The position numbers and the translations under genes were made by a program. DNA of 64,000 nucleotides from the NCBI GenBank assembly GCA_964016885.1, contig OZ024742.1:240870001-240934000 (forward strand). Direction: 5' to 3'. Shown piece after piece: positions 51,636 to 64,000 of this stretch (positions are counted from its first letter, which is position 1; the number at the start of each line of letters is the position of its first letter). The stretch is from Eledone cirrhosa. Lineage: Eukaryota. The notes under the pieces were generated by a model, which was not told where the DNA came from, ran no database searches, and saw nothing but the letters and a program-made list of their open reading frames with translations.

Positions 51636-52894
51636 CAGGGTGCGGACGATATTTGTTCGCAAGATTAAAGATTACTGTCTAGGAAGAAATAACACAGTAG
51701 TTTTATTTTTTAAGATTTATTTATCAAACTTGGGTCAGTTTGTCTTCATGACTTGTTCTTTCGATCTCACCCGATAAAGCCGCCATTGGCTTTTATAACG
51801 GCCTCAAGGCGGCCTCGGAACTGGCTACAGGCCTTCGTCACTGTCCCCCGACTTAGGCCCCTAAAGACACTTCTGAGCCTGGCCTTCAGATCGTCTTTCG
51901 TATTGCAGCTAGATCTGTTGGTGTCTCGTTCCACTGCGCCCCACACAGGTGAAATGTGGTCGACGAAGTTCTCTGACAGCCAGGCTTGGGTCTTTCGGCT
52001 GGTATAGCAGGGCGCTGAGTCTTGCTGCCACACGTACGGCCTACCTACAGCTAACTGGTCGATCCAGGGCTTTACTACCTCGCTCAGAACGCGGATGTAG
52101 CCATCGGTGTTCAGCTTGAGGCCCTCAGGGAAGAAGTGAGGTGGCATGACGTCATCTTGACTGCTGACGACACCTAAGACCAATGTTGTCGCTGGAAACT
52201 TTGTCTGCGTGACTCTGTGCACGTCTTTGGATGAGACAGCGAGCCACCTGTTGTTCTGGGAGTTGATCTTCTGGTCTTGGCAGAAGTTTTTCTCGTCGGA
52301 GAAAAACCACAGCATGTCTGGCTTCAGTGGGTGTTTCAACTTGTTGATCAGCTTCTTTGCGTGCTTCAGTCGCTTTTCTTGCATCGCCTTTGACAGAAAT
52401 TGTCCTCTCCCTCATCTTGTAGAAAACGTAGCGAATGTCTTCATGTACCACCAGCCTAATGAGCTTTTCATCCACGCCTTTCTCCCTTGCAATAGCACGC
52501 ATCGACTTGCTAGGTTCATTGTTGATGATATCCTGAACTTCAGCGACGAACTCGGGCGTTCTGAAGTCGTCAGATCGTCGATCATGTGTTTTCCTCTCTG
52601 ATGTAGTCGAATCCTGAATCTTACAATTCCTTTCTGATCTTTTCCACCATTCTCCTGCTGATGCTGAGAAAGTCTGAAATTTCCTTATTTGCCCTCCCGG
52701 CGCGGATTCCATGAAGAACTCTGTGTCTCTTCCACAAATTTGGAGGTTGAAAATTATTCATAATCAATTATTCTGAAAATAAATAATGGAAATATAGTCA
52801 CTGTTTTTATGAAGACAAGAGTGACAACGGAAGTAAAAAGAATTTGCATAAAATTAGCAGTTGAAAATTGCGAACAAATATCGTCCACACCCTG
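51636..52894 (-). mobile_element. Tc1/mariner transposon (maT/DD37D-like), defective
   Basis: 27-bp TIR cagggtgcggacgatatttgttcgcaa / ttgcgaacaaatatcgtccacaccctg, with TA on the right side. Confidence 0.9.
51767..52712 (-). pseudogene. Transposase pseudogene
   Basis: HTH segment (KSMRAIAREKGVDEKLIR), FFSDEKNF and WQQDSAP are present. There is a frameshift near 52400, and the SPDLNPLD segment with the third Asp is missing (DHISP|VWGAVE). Confidence 0.9.
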
Positions 52895-52898
52895 TATG

Positions 52899-53482
<584 letters not shown>

Positions 53483-53843
53483 ATCAAGGTTTAGCAAATA
53501 AGAAAAAGTTTCAAAATAAATTTTAAAAGATTCACTGTACTCACTATGGTTACCTTTACCTAATCGGTTTCGAGTCTCAAAAATAAATGGACAGTCCTTG
53601 CGGCCTTCCATTGAAAAGATAAACTCTCGTCAGAAGGGTCTTTTCACTCGGAGAATATAAAATTCCCGAGTTCAAATGACGAACTGGTGCTATTCAAAAT
53701 TCTTCCCGAGATGAGAATGAATGATGTGGAAGCAATTCTGTCCAGTGCCGTGTGTAAAGATAGAAGCAGAGGCAGGGAAGTCAGTCTACTAATATACACA
53801 TATATATATATACGTACATATATATATATACATATATATATAC

Positions 53844-53888
<45 letters not shown>

Positions 53889-53891
<3 letters not shown>

Positions 53892-54107
53892 AAATACGTC
53901 CCTCATCAGTGATTTGCCGAAGATCATAGATATTTCATTGCATTAAAAATCATATATCTCACTTCGGTGCAATTATTATTGCACCGAAGTGAGATATATG
54001 ATTTTTAATGCAATGAAATATCTATGATCTTCGGCAAATCACTGATGAGGGACGTATTTTATTACATGTTACCATGTGCTACCTGCAGTATTTTTCTCTA
54101 TATTTTA

Positions 54108-54110
<3 letters not shown>
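53889..54110. repeat. Fold-back element (arms ~85 bp), with relatives at 23125-23223 and 50010-50140
   Basis: Centre cacttcggtgcaat-tatt-attgcaccgaagtg; TA-flanked. Confidence 0.8.
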
Positions 54111-54160
<50 letters not shown>

Positions 54161-54164
54161 TATA

Positions 54165-54202
<38 letters not shown>

Positions 54203-54241
54203 AATATATATACACATATATATATATATATATATTTATAC

Positions 54242-54416
<175 letters not shown>

Positions 54417-54426
54417 CATACACACA

Positions 54427-55142
54427 CAAAATATAATGATACATGACATACCCTGAGGTGTTAAATGGTTAAGATTTAATCAAGGTAGTGAATAAGTTAT
54501 GAGAAAACTCAACATGTATACCCTAATAATGAGAAAATGCGAAAACCTAATAGAATCAATGGAGAAGGTATGAGTAAGAAAACGTTGCTTTAATTTAACA
54601 GTTATAGATATTTTAAAATGTGCTATACTTCTAATTATGATTATAGAGGAAGACATGTCAGGAGTTATATTTTATTACAGTTTATGAAAGCTACCGATAG
54701 ATAATTAAAGAGAGGGAGAGATAAAGGGGAGTAATTTGTGCAAAAAATCTTTTTTTTTTTTTTTCCCCTATATAGACTTAACGGTTAAATTTCAAAATAT
54801 TTAATTTATGTTATTTTAGGGTGAAGAATCAAAATTTTAGGTTTAAAAATTGATGGTTATTTATATTAATTTTATAAATTTTATAAATTTTTTAAAAAGT
54901 GTTACATTTCTAAAATTCTGAATTTTATGGAAACAAAACTTTAAAGGATTTACTAGGCCCGCGAAAGAAAAATATACACTGTTGAATATTCCCCCAAATG
55001 TAATCATTAACAAAATTACCTATAAGAGTGTCAACCTTTTCGGTATGTAAAATTTAAGAAGTACTTACTGTTACAAATATCGAAGAATTTATTGTCAAGT
55101 AGATAGATGATCAAAATATGATGATTAACGCAAAGTTTTCAG

Positions 55143-55213
<71 letters not shown>

Positions 55214-57515
55214 CATTTATCGTAATAAATTAATATTTATTATATTATAATCCTATATTAGTTCTACCTTTAAGGGAAGAATGAACTCTAAATAATGATT
55301 AAGTTATTGTGCAATATATTTATATTTGCACAAAACTATATATAGCGTTATACCGAAAGAATAATTATGATTAAGTTATTATACACTATAAATATAGATG
55401 CAAAAAAAAACTAAATGTAGAGATATACGTAACTAATAATATGATTATGTTATTATACAATATTTAATATATGCAAAAACTTAGGTATAGAGAGAAATAC
55501 TAAGTATTAATGAGACAGTATACTTTTGGTAAATGATAACGATTATAATCTTAGATAATAGATTCAAACATGTATAAGTTAAATAGATACATATATATAA
55601 AAGAGTGTAAACGCATGACTGATTCACAGTTCAAAATAAGGTCCGTAAACATTTACAGGTTGGATATTTGAACTATATTTAAAACATAGATAGAAAAATA
55701 AAGATAGATAAATAATGGTATGGATCAAAGTTAATAATAACATTAAAAAAACTATGTTATGTATATCAACGTGCCAGCATGTTATTAAACAAGTGTCATT
55801 CATTCAAACGTTATTTCCTTTATAGATGGTTATAAGATAAATCAATATTAAAGGCCATTAAGGTTTTCAACTGTTTATTATGTACGTCTAAAAACCAAAT
55901 TTGGTTGCTTACTGTTTTTCCTGGTCTTATGAGAGGCTTGGAATGTAGACAAGGCTTTATGAAGGCAGTTAGAGAATAATTCACTTTTTTTGTTAATTAA
56001 GGTCTCATAATTATTAATAATCAAAAGGGTCTCCATTGTACAAAGCGCGCAGTTACTTGATATACTTGAGTTGCAGTAAACACCAGTATTACGAAGTTTC
56101 GTCCAAAAAATGGAGTATTTTAAATTCTTATCTTTTAATGACCATATTAGCTGTGATAAAGAAGTGGATGATTTCCTCTTGGAGTTCGAAAATGAGCATT
56201 TATGATTCGCGAATCTAGCTTTAAATGTAGAAGAAGACGATCCTATGTAGTTATATATGTTGTAATCAGTTTTTACGGTGCATTTATATACCAAATTACT
56301 ATCCAAACAATTATTTCGCAGAGGGCAATCAATTTTATTTCTACAATTACATTTTGGATTATTAACATTTATGTTAACACTATTATTAAGATCATTATGG
56401 TGATTCTGCTTTAGAATTTTACTGTTTAATTTAGCAATGTTTTGGGCCACATTCATAGTCGTAGAATAAGATAATTTAGTAGTGTGTCTATTAAAAATGG
56501 AATGGTATTTATGTTAAGTAGGGAAAGAGGTGTCCAAAGCATTAAAGAATAATTTTGCAATTGGTGTTCTAACTGCTACCGAAGCAGGGGTGGGGGGGGG
56601 CAAACCATATGACTGATTTAGTTCTAGTTCTTTTCCTCAATTTGTTTGGCGTATGGGTGTTTGAATTATAATTATTAGAGTTTCGTTTATGTATGCCATT
56701 ATTTTTATCAGGATTAAAACTTGGATTATTATTATCTACGTATTCTATATTATTCTCATAACCAGCTCTTTTTAACGCATCATTGTAGTATGCTGCATTA
56801 TCATCAAATTTTGCTTTATTCGCTGATATTCTATTAATGCGTTTTTGCACACTCTTAACTATAGCTTTTTTTTTTTTTACAGATTTAGGGTGATTGGAAT
56901 GGTTACTAGCATAGTTTAAGTTTTCATTTGGCTTGTGAAAAGAGTAATAAAAGCCAGAGTTTAAATTAAACGTAACGTCTTGGAAATTAACTATTTTGGT
57001 ACCATTTTCTATTTCTAACTTAAGGTCATACATTTTAAAGAATTCTATTATACTTTTCTTTACTCTATTTAGTTCAATATTGTTGTGTTTGACCACCGTA
57101 AATAAAATGTCATCCCTATATAAACCACCGGTAATCTCCGGCAGTTTTCTATTTATCATATTTAATATGAAATTCCCAGAAGATCTGTGATTTGCGCAGA
57201 ATCGGATGCCCCATAGTAATATCAAAGTTTCTATTTCTATCTGAGCGAGTTCAATACTCATTATTGAAGTTAATAAGAGGACCTAGTAAATACTTTAAAA
57301 TTTTGTTTTCATAAAATTCAGAATTTTAGAAATGTAACACTTTTAGAAAAATTTATAAAATTTATAAAATTAATATAAATAACCATCAATTTTTAAACCT
57401 AAAATTTTGATTCTTCACCCTAAAATAACATAAATTAAATATTTTGAAATTTAACCGTTAAGTCTATATGGAAAAAAAAAAAAAAAAAAAAAAGATTTTT
57501 GCACAAATTACTCCC
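54427..57515 (-). mobile_element. 5'-truncated Naiad-like Penelope element with a 5' inverted segment
   Basis: RT/GIY-YIG remnants at 55878-57261 and an AT-rich 3'UTR. 57280-57515 is an inverted copy of about 54728-54958. Confidence 0.85.
55878..57261 (-). pseudogene. Naiad-like RT (C-terminal half) + GIY-YIG endonuclease, frameshifted
   Basis: GGLYRDD, SNHPKS, WFAPP, CNCRNKIDCPLRNNC, LVY..YIG, FKARFANHK and CALCTME. Frameshifts include one in the G-run at about 56590. Confidence 0.9.
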
Positions 57516-57990
57516 ATTTATTATAATGCTCGGTTTGTTCGTTTGTAAACAAACAGCCTGAATTACGCCGTACAGTGTTTAGGCAACCACGTCACCTTTT
57601 TGTTCAACACTGACACAGGAACGATGTATTAGTTTCAAGCTTATTAGCTATCGTCAGCACCGTATACCTTTCTGCCAGATGGTTGAACGTCCGAAAGTAT
57701 ATACTTTCCTTGTATGTATATATATACATGCTACTGTACGTCTGTATACATATATGTATGTACGTATACATACATACTTACATTTAAGTAAGTGCCGTAC
57801 TAAGAGTGAAAAATGAAATTTCGTTTCATTTTATTCCATTTATCGTTTTCGGTGCGCCTGGCCGACTGAACTCACTCGATATGCAAATTAGGCTGCTCAG
57901 CCGTTAATTTTCATAAGGAAAGTATATACTTTCGGACGTTCAACCATCTGGCAGAAAGGTATAAATTTAAGTAAGTGCCGTACTAAGAGT
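57515..57990. mobile_element. 422-bp unit subfamily B, rearranged (minus then plus)
   Basis: Minus HHR at 57622-57662; orientation switches at about 57710. Confidence 0.85.
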
Positions 57991-58019
57991 GTGAAATACA
58001 CATATATATATATATATAC

Positions 58020-58076
<57 letters not shown>

Positions 58077-58126
58077 TTATATATATATATGTATATATAT
58101 ATATATAATATATATACATGTATATG

Positions 58127-58184
<58 letters not shown>

Positions 58185-58187
<3 letters not shown>

Positions 58188-59075
58188 GGAAAAATTGAAA
58201 CGATATTTCATTTCCCACTCTTAGTACGGCTGTTACTTAAATATAAGTATGTACACGTACATACATATATGTATACCGACGTATATGTATAACGGCTGAG
58301 TTTTCGGTGCACCGGCCGATTAACCCACTCGATATGAAAATTGGGCTACTCAGCCGTTAATATGCATAAGGTAAGTATATACGTTCAACAATCTGGCAGG
58401 AAGGTATACGTTGCTGACGATAGCTAACAAGCTTGAAACTAGTACAGCGTTCCTTTGTCAGTGTTGAACAAACGAGCAACGGTGGTTGCTAGACACTGCG
58501 GCTTAATACGGGATGTTTGTTTACAAACACACCGAGCATTATAATAAATGTTCGGTGAATCCATACGTACATGTATATATGTGTGTATGTATGTATATAT
58601 ATATATACATACTACTGTACGTCGGTATACATATATGTATGTACGTGTACATACTTATATTTAAGTAACAGCCGTACTAAGAGTGGGAAATGAAATATCG
58701 TTTCATTTCTTACGTTTATCGTTTTCGGTGCACCCGGCCGATTAACCCACTCGATATGCAAATTGGGCTACTCAGCCGTTAATATGCATAAGGTAAGTAT
58801 ATACGTTCAACAATCTGGCAGGAAGGTATACGTTGCTGACGATAGCTAACAAGCTTGAAACTAGTACAGCGTTCCTTTGTCAGTGTTGAACAAACGAGCA
58901 ACGGTGGTTGCTAGACACTGCGGCTTAATACGGGATGTTTGTTTACAAACACACCGAGCATTATAATAAATGTTCGGTGAATCCATACGTGCATATATAT
59001 ATGTGTGCATGTATGTATATATATATATACATACTACTGTACGTCGGTATACATATATGTATGTAGGTGTACATA

Positions 59076-59080
<5 letters not shown>
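58185..59080 (+). mobile_element. 422-bp unit tandem (two HHRs) with a short 5' inverted piece
   Basis: Cores at 58414 and 58836 (422 apart). 58185-58285 is inverted; TA-flanked. Confidence 0.9.
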
Positions 59081-59154
<74 letters not shown>

Positions 59155-59157
<3 letters not shown>

Positions 59158-62100
59158 GAAGTTCTATTTAAATTGTTGGGATACAACAAGCAAATATTTT
59201 TATAACTGATATAAAGCACTCAACAAATTATTGGAGTAATAATACGATATATTAACAAATGGAAACTATATTTATAAAACCATATTTATTTCATTATACA
59301 TATTTCAAGGACACCAAGTTAAATTATGGTGTGCTTTCATCAGATAAAATATAATATAGATCAATTTTATAAATAAATATTGACATACCCTTAAAGAAAC
59401 GACCATTTCTGTTGGAAGTTCCCGGATAGTGGGGTTATAAATTTATTTAAAATAGATTTAAAATAGATTTAAAGTAGATTTAAAATAAGCAGTTGGGGTA
59501 TGGAGAATGGGAAAGAGAAAAATAGAAAAAAGAGAAAAAACCAGCTTTAAGCGGAAAATAAGAAAACAAGAAAAAGAGAAAGCGAGAAAGAGAAAAAGAA
59601 GAAAAAAGAAAAGAGAAAAGAGAAAGAGAAAGAGAAAGAGAAAGCCCTAAGTGATAGGTTGTTGTATTAGCATAAATTTTAAGATGAAGTGAAAAAATAA
59701 ATATTTTTTGGATGAGTAAAGTAAATAAGTAAATAAGCGTGAATGGAATATACTCGTGAATGGAAAATGAATTTTAACCAGTGTTTAAATATGATTAAAT
59801 GTTTAGTTTATCAATTAAATTATCCATCAAATTATTGAGATCTATATATTATTAAAAAATCTATATATTATTAAAACCCATATATTATTAAAAGAATATA
59901 TTCATATATATACGTACGCACACATATATACATATACATATAAATATATATATACATACCTACACATACCATACACATAGATAAAGGATTTGTTACGTAT
60001 AAGATATAGGGATTTTCTTAAACTTATTGATATTTCTGAGAAACCAGAGAAAAGGAAACCAGAGAAAAAACCCGGAGAAAAAACATTTCTATGTAATAGC
60101 AAAACAGCGTGAAAGAAATTAAGTTATTTCCTTATATTAAATGTTATAAATGTCAAGATAACAAAGGAAATTTAAGATTATAGAAACCTTATGTTATAAT
60201 ACAAACCTTATATTATAAATTTTTATATTACGATTTGGAAATATATTCTTACAATTATAAGCAATATAACTTTAAAGCAATATAATTTTAAAAAATTACA
60301 GAATATTTTAAAATATAATTTTAATATAAGAATATGTCTAAAAAAATTCAGTATAAAATTTAAATTTTTTTACAATATTTAACTCTCAGTATGTTTAACT
60401 TAATTTTATAACTATATGGGAAATTTTCACAGATAAAGAAAGAGAAACTTTCAAAAATAGGAGAAACCTTTCAAAGAAAATATTTCCCCAATTTTAAGAG
60501 CTTTCGGTATGTTTATCTAGAAAAATTTTCTATGAAAATTTTTTTTTTATATTTGAGAGTTTAAGCAGTCAAATGAAGGAATCTAATGATTTATCGATAG
60601 GTTCAATATATTAATAGAATTAATTATATATTACATTTTAAATTTATATTTAAACATTGAGTTCAATCTATGTCTGCATCAACATTTAGGGAATTTTTGC
60701 TTTTTAATACAAAGAATATTTCCTCTATACAAAGATCACAATTTTCTGAAGTGGTATTAAAAGGAGTAGCTTTTGAAATAATATTCCAAAGTAACGAATA
60801 TTTAACGTTCTTTAATTTGAGGTTCCATAATAAGCTAGATAGAGAAGTTGAAGGTTTTTTGTTTAAATGCGTAAAAGAGCTTTTGTGGTTATTAAAACGA
60901 GATTTAAAATCTGTGGAAGTAGATCCTACATAATTAAATGAATTTAAATTAGTTATTACATTACAATTATATACTATATTTTTAGCTAAGCAATTGTTAT
61001 TTAACGGACAATTATATTTATTTCTACAGTTACATTTATCAAATTGGATATTGCTGGGGTTATTAGTGGTATTTTGGTTAGGATTTAAATTTCTATTATT
61101 ATTTCTATTAATATTCTGCGCTAAATTTTTGGTGGATGAATAAGTTAATTTTATAGTGAGTCTATTAAAAATTGAGTAATATCTATGTGTTCTAGGGAAG
61201 CATTTGTCAAGAGCTTTAAAAAATAGTTTAGCAATAGGAGTTTTAATATTTAATGAGAAAGGAGGAGCGAACCATAATATATTCCTAGTTCTATTTCTTT
61301 TTTTGTTTTCCGAATTATTGTAAGGTTTTCTATTATAGTTGTTAAAATTGTTAGGATCATGGTTAGTTGTTATATTATTATTATCAATGAATTTAATTTT
61401 ATTTCTATATCCAGCTCTACCTAACGCTTCGTTGTAATAACGTGCTTTATCATCAAATATATTCTTATTAGCTAAAATTCTAGAAATGCGTTGCTGTACA
61501 GAATTTACTATAGTATTTTTAACGGATCTGGGGTTATTAGAGTTAAAATTAACGTAGTTTAAGTTCTCGTTTAGTTTGTGAAAAGGATAATGAAGACATG
61601 TGTTAAGGTTTAATGTTACATCTGGAAAATTAACTATTTTATGGTTATTATCTCTTTCTACTTTTAGATTAAGGTAATTAAAAAATTGTATAATTTCTTT
61701 TCTTTTCCTATTTAATTCACAGTTATTATTTTCGATAAGTAAAAGCATGTTGTCACGATATAAACCCCCGGTCATCTCGGGTAATTTTCTATGTAGAGAA
61801 TTATTTATAAAGAGGCCCACAAGATCCGTTACCTGAGCGGAATCGGATGATCCCATAGTGATATCGAAATTATTGTTTCCATCTGCTCTAGTCCAGAGTT
61901 GGTTGTTAAATTCTATTAATGTTTTCCGTGCCGTTAAGATAATCTGCATTTCATTACTAGTTAAGTCTGTATGTTTAAATGCATATGTTAGTGCTTTGTT
62001 AAGTAGATTGGATGAGTAATAATTAGCAATATCCAATTGAATAAACTTATTATTATAGTTATATTTAATTTCCTTAAACCATTCGATAACTTCATTAGTT

Positions 62101-63943
62101 ACTTTCCATAATTTTAAATAAGAAAATTCCTTAATTTGTGGTATTATTCTGTCTAAAATATTCTTGCTAAGTATGCCAAGGTCCGATTTAGATGGTGCAA
62201 TTAATCTGACTGGTAATTCAGTTTCAAAGTTCCTTTTATGGTCCTTCATATTAATTTTAGGTTTCCTTGGCATGAAGGGTTGTGTGCTATTTTCAATGCC
62301 TAATTCAGGCATTATATAAGAGGCATCTGTATTCAATTTTTCAAGGTCGTCATAAGTTGTTATTTTATATTTCTTCCTTAATTCTTTTAATATAAGATCG
62401 TTATAGATGTCCTTTTGTATTCCGTAAATATTATTGGTTTTGTCTGACTTGACTAGAGTCTTTTCCGTTTTCTCCAATTTTTCAATATTGTTTTTGATAT
62501 TTCTTAGGTAATCCTGGCCTTTGAAGTTGTTTTTGAATTTGATGCTTTGGATAATAGATATGATTACACTTTCAAAATCCATTAGTAGTTTGTTGGGGGG
62601 GTGGATTTTTTTTAGATTTGATGATTTTATCAAGATTGGAAACATTCTCATTTACATCAGATTTATCGAAGTGGAAAGCACGCCACCTGATTCTTCTTAT
62701 AAAAGAGTCTGATTTTTCTATTTATTGTTTAATAAAGTCTTTATTCCTAGGTAAAGGTATGTCCTTTAGAGAAGAAGAGATCTTAAAGAATTCCATTTTT
62801 CAGTTATAATATAAAGCGCACGACAATAAAGGAGAAGAATATATGTAGAAGTTCTATTTAAATTGTTGGGATAAAAACAAGCAAATATTTTTATAACTGA
62901 TATAAAGCACTCAACAAATTATTGGAGTAAAAATACGATATATTAACAAATGGAAACTATATTTATAAAACCATATTTATTTCATTATACATATTTCAAG
63001 GACACCAAGTTAAATTATGGTGTGCTTTCATCAGATAAAATATAATATAGATCAATTTTATAAATAAATATTGACATACCCTTAAAGAATGCGACCATTT
63101 CTGTTGGAAGCTCCCGGATAGTGGGGTTATAAATTTATTTATACTATTATGCAATTTAGTGTCGGATATTTTTAAATCACAGTAGATTTAAAATAAGCCG
63201 ATGGGGTATGGAGAAAGGGTAAGAGAAAAAAGAAAAAAAGAGAAAAAAACAGCTTTAAGAGGAAAATAAGAAAACAAGAAAAAGAGAAAGAGAAGAAAAA
63301 AGAAAAGAGAAAAGAGAAAGAGAAAGAGAAAGAGAAAGAGAAAGAGAAAGAGAAAGCCCTAAGTGATAGGTTGTTGTATTAGCATAACTTTTAAGATGAA
63401 GTGAAAAAATAAATATTTTTTGGGGATGAGTAAAGTAAATAAGTAAATAAGCGTGAATGGAAAATACTCGTGAATGGAAAATGAATTTTAACCAGTGTTT
63501 AAATATGATTAAATGTTTAGTTTCTCAATTAAATTATCCATCAAATTATTGAGATCTATATATTATTAAAAAATCTATATATTATTAAAACCCATATATT
63601 ATTAAAAGAATATATTCATATATATACGTACGCACACATATATACATATACATATAAATATATATATACATACCTACACATACCATACACATAGATAAAG
63701 GACTTTTTATGTATAAGATATAGGAATTTTCTTAAACTTATTGATATTTCTGAGAAACCAGAGAAAAAAAAACAGAGAAAAAACCCGGAGAAAAAACATT
63801 TCCATGTAATAGCAAAACAGCGTGAAGGAAATTAAGTTATTTCCTTATATTAAAAATTATAAATGTCAAGATAACAAAGGAAATTTAAGATTATAGAAAC
63901 CTTATGTTATAATACAAACCTTATATTATAAATTTTATATTTA
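59155..63943 (-). mobile_element. Near full-length Naiad-like Penelope element with ~1.08-kb direct pseudo-LTRs
   Basis: 59155-60229 is repeated at about 62845-63943. Each repeat has an HHR (59287-59351, 62978-63042); the 3' end abuts (TA)n. Confidence 0.92.
60663..62796 (-). pseudogene. Naiad-like RT-GIY-YIG ORF, inactivated
   Basis: True start is probably the ATG at 62796 (MEFFKISSSLKDIPLP..RRIRWRAF), with TAA at 62722-62724 and a frameshift near 62600. Downstream motifs: DKTNN, KDHK, MGSSDSAQVTDLVG, YRDN (catalytic D->N), CNCR..CPL, IVY..YVG, CDLC. Confidence 0.92.
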
Positions 63944-64000
63944 CTAAATCCACTTGTTACGTAGTTGTGACTGTTATTATATAAGTTTGTTTATCACGAA

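Noticed and set aside
60630-60665. TGA at the end of the Naiad ORF as selenocysteine read-through (reported for some Naiads)
   Set aside because: The TGA is followed by TQCLN, so it does not align with the conserved terminal Cys. No SECIS was recognised and the ORF has other lesions.

Overview
AT-rich, microsatellite-saturated animal DNA, most likely an octopod cephalopod. That assignment is inferred from the SINE families and the (TA)n/(TACA)n content, not proven. No convincing multi-exon host gene is visible, and almost all ORFs in the track are microsatellite artefacts. Recognisable coding content is all mobile-element derived: an intact 1169-aa R4/Dong-type RLE non-LTR retrotransposon embedded in (CATA)n, two decayed Naiad-like Penelope elements (RT + GIY-YIG), a decayed Neptune-like Penelope element, a defective Tc1/mariner (maT-like) element, hAT and piggyBac-type MITEs, and many tRNA-derived SINEs. 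The most notable feature is RNA-level. By eye I find over 25 type I hammerhead ribozyme (HHR) motifs from about 10 repeat families, nearly all in elements that end in (TA)n tracts. They include non-coding 422-425-bp tandem units, each carrying one minimal HHR (retrozyme-like; predicted ~422-nt self-excised monomers or circles), and a second ~312-bp unit. These elements repeatedly form fold-back palindromes whose switch points often fall in HHR stem II. One copy is fused directly to a Naiad 5' inversion. Together this suggests a Penelope-driven, (TA)n-targeted retrozyme system. All folds were derived by manual pairing and need computational and experimental confirmation.
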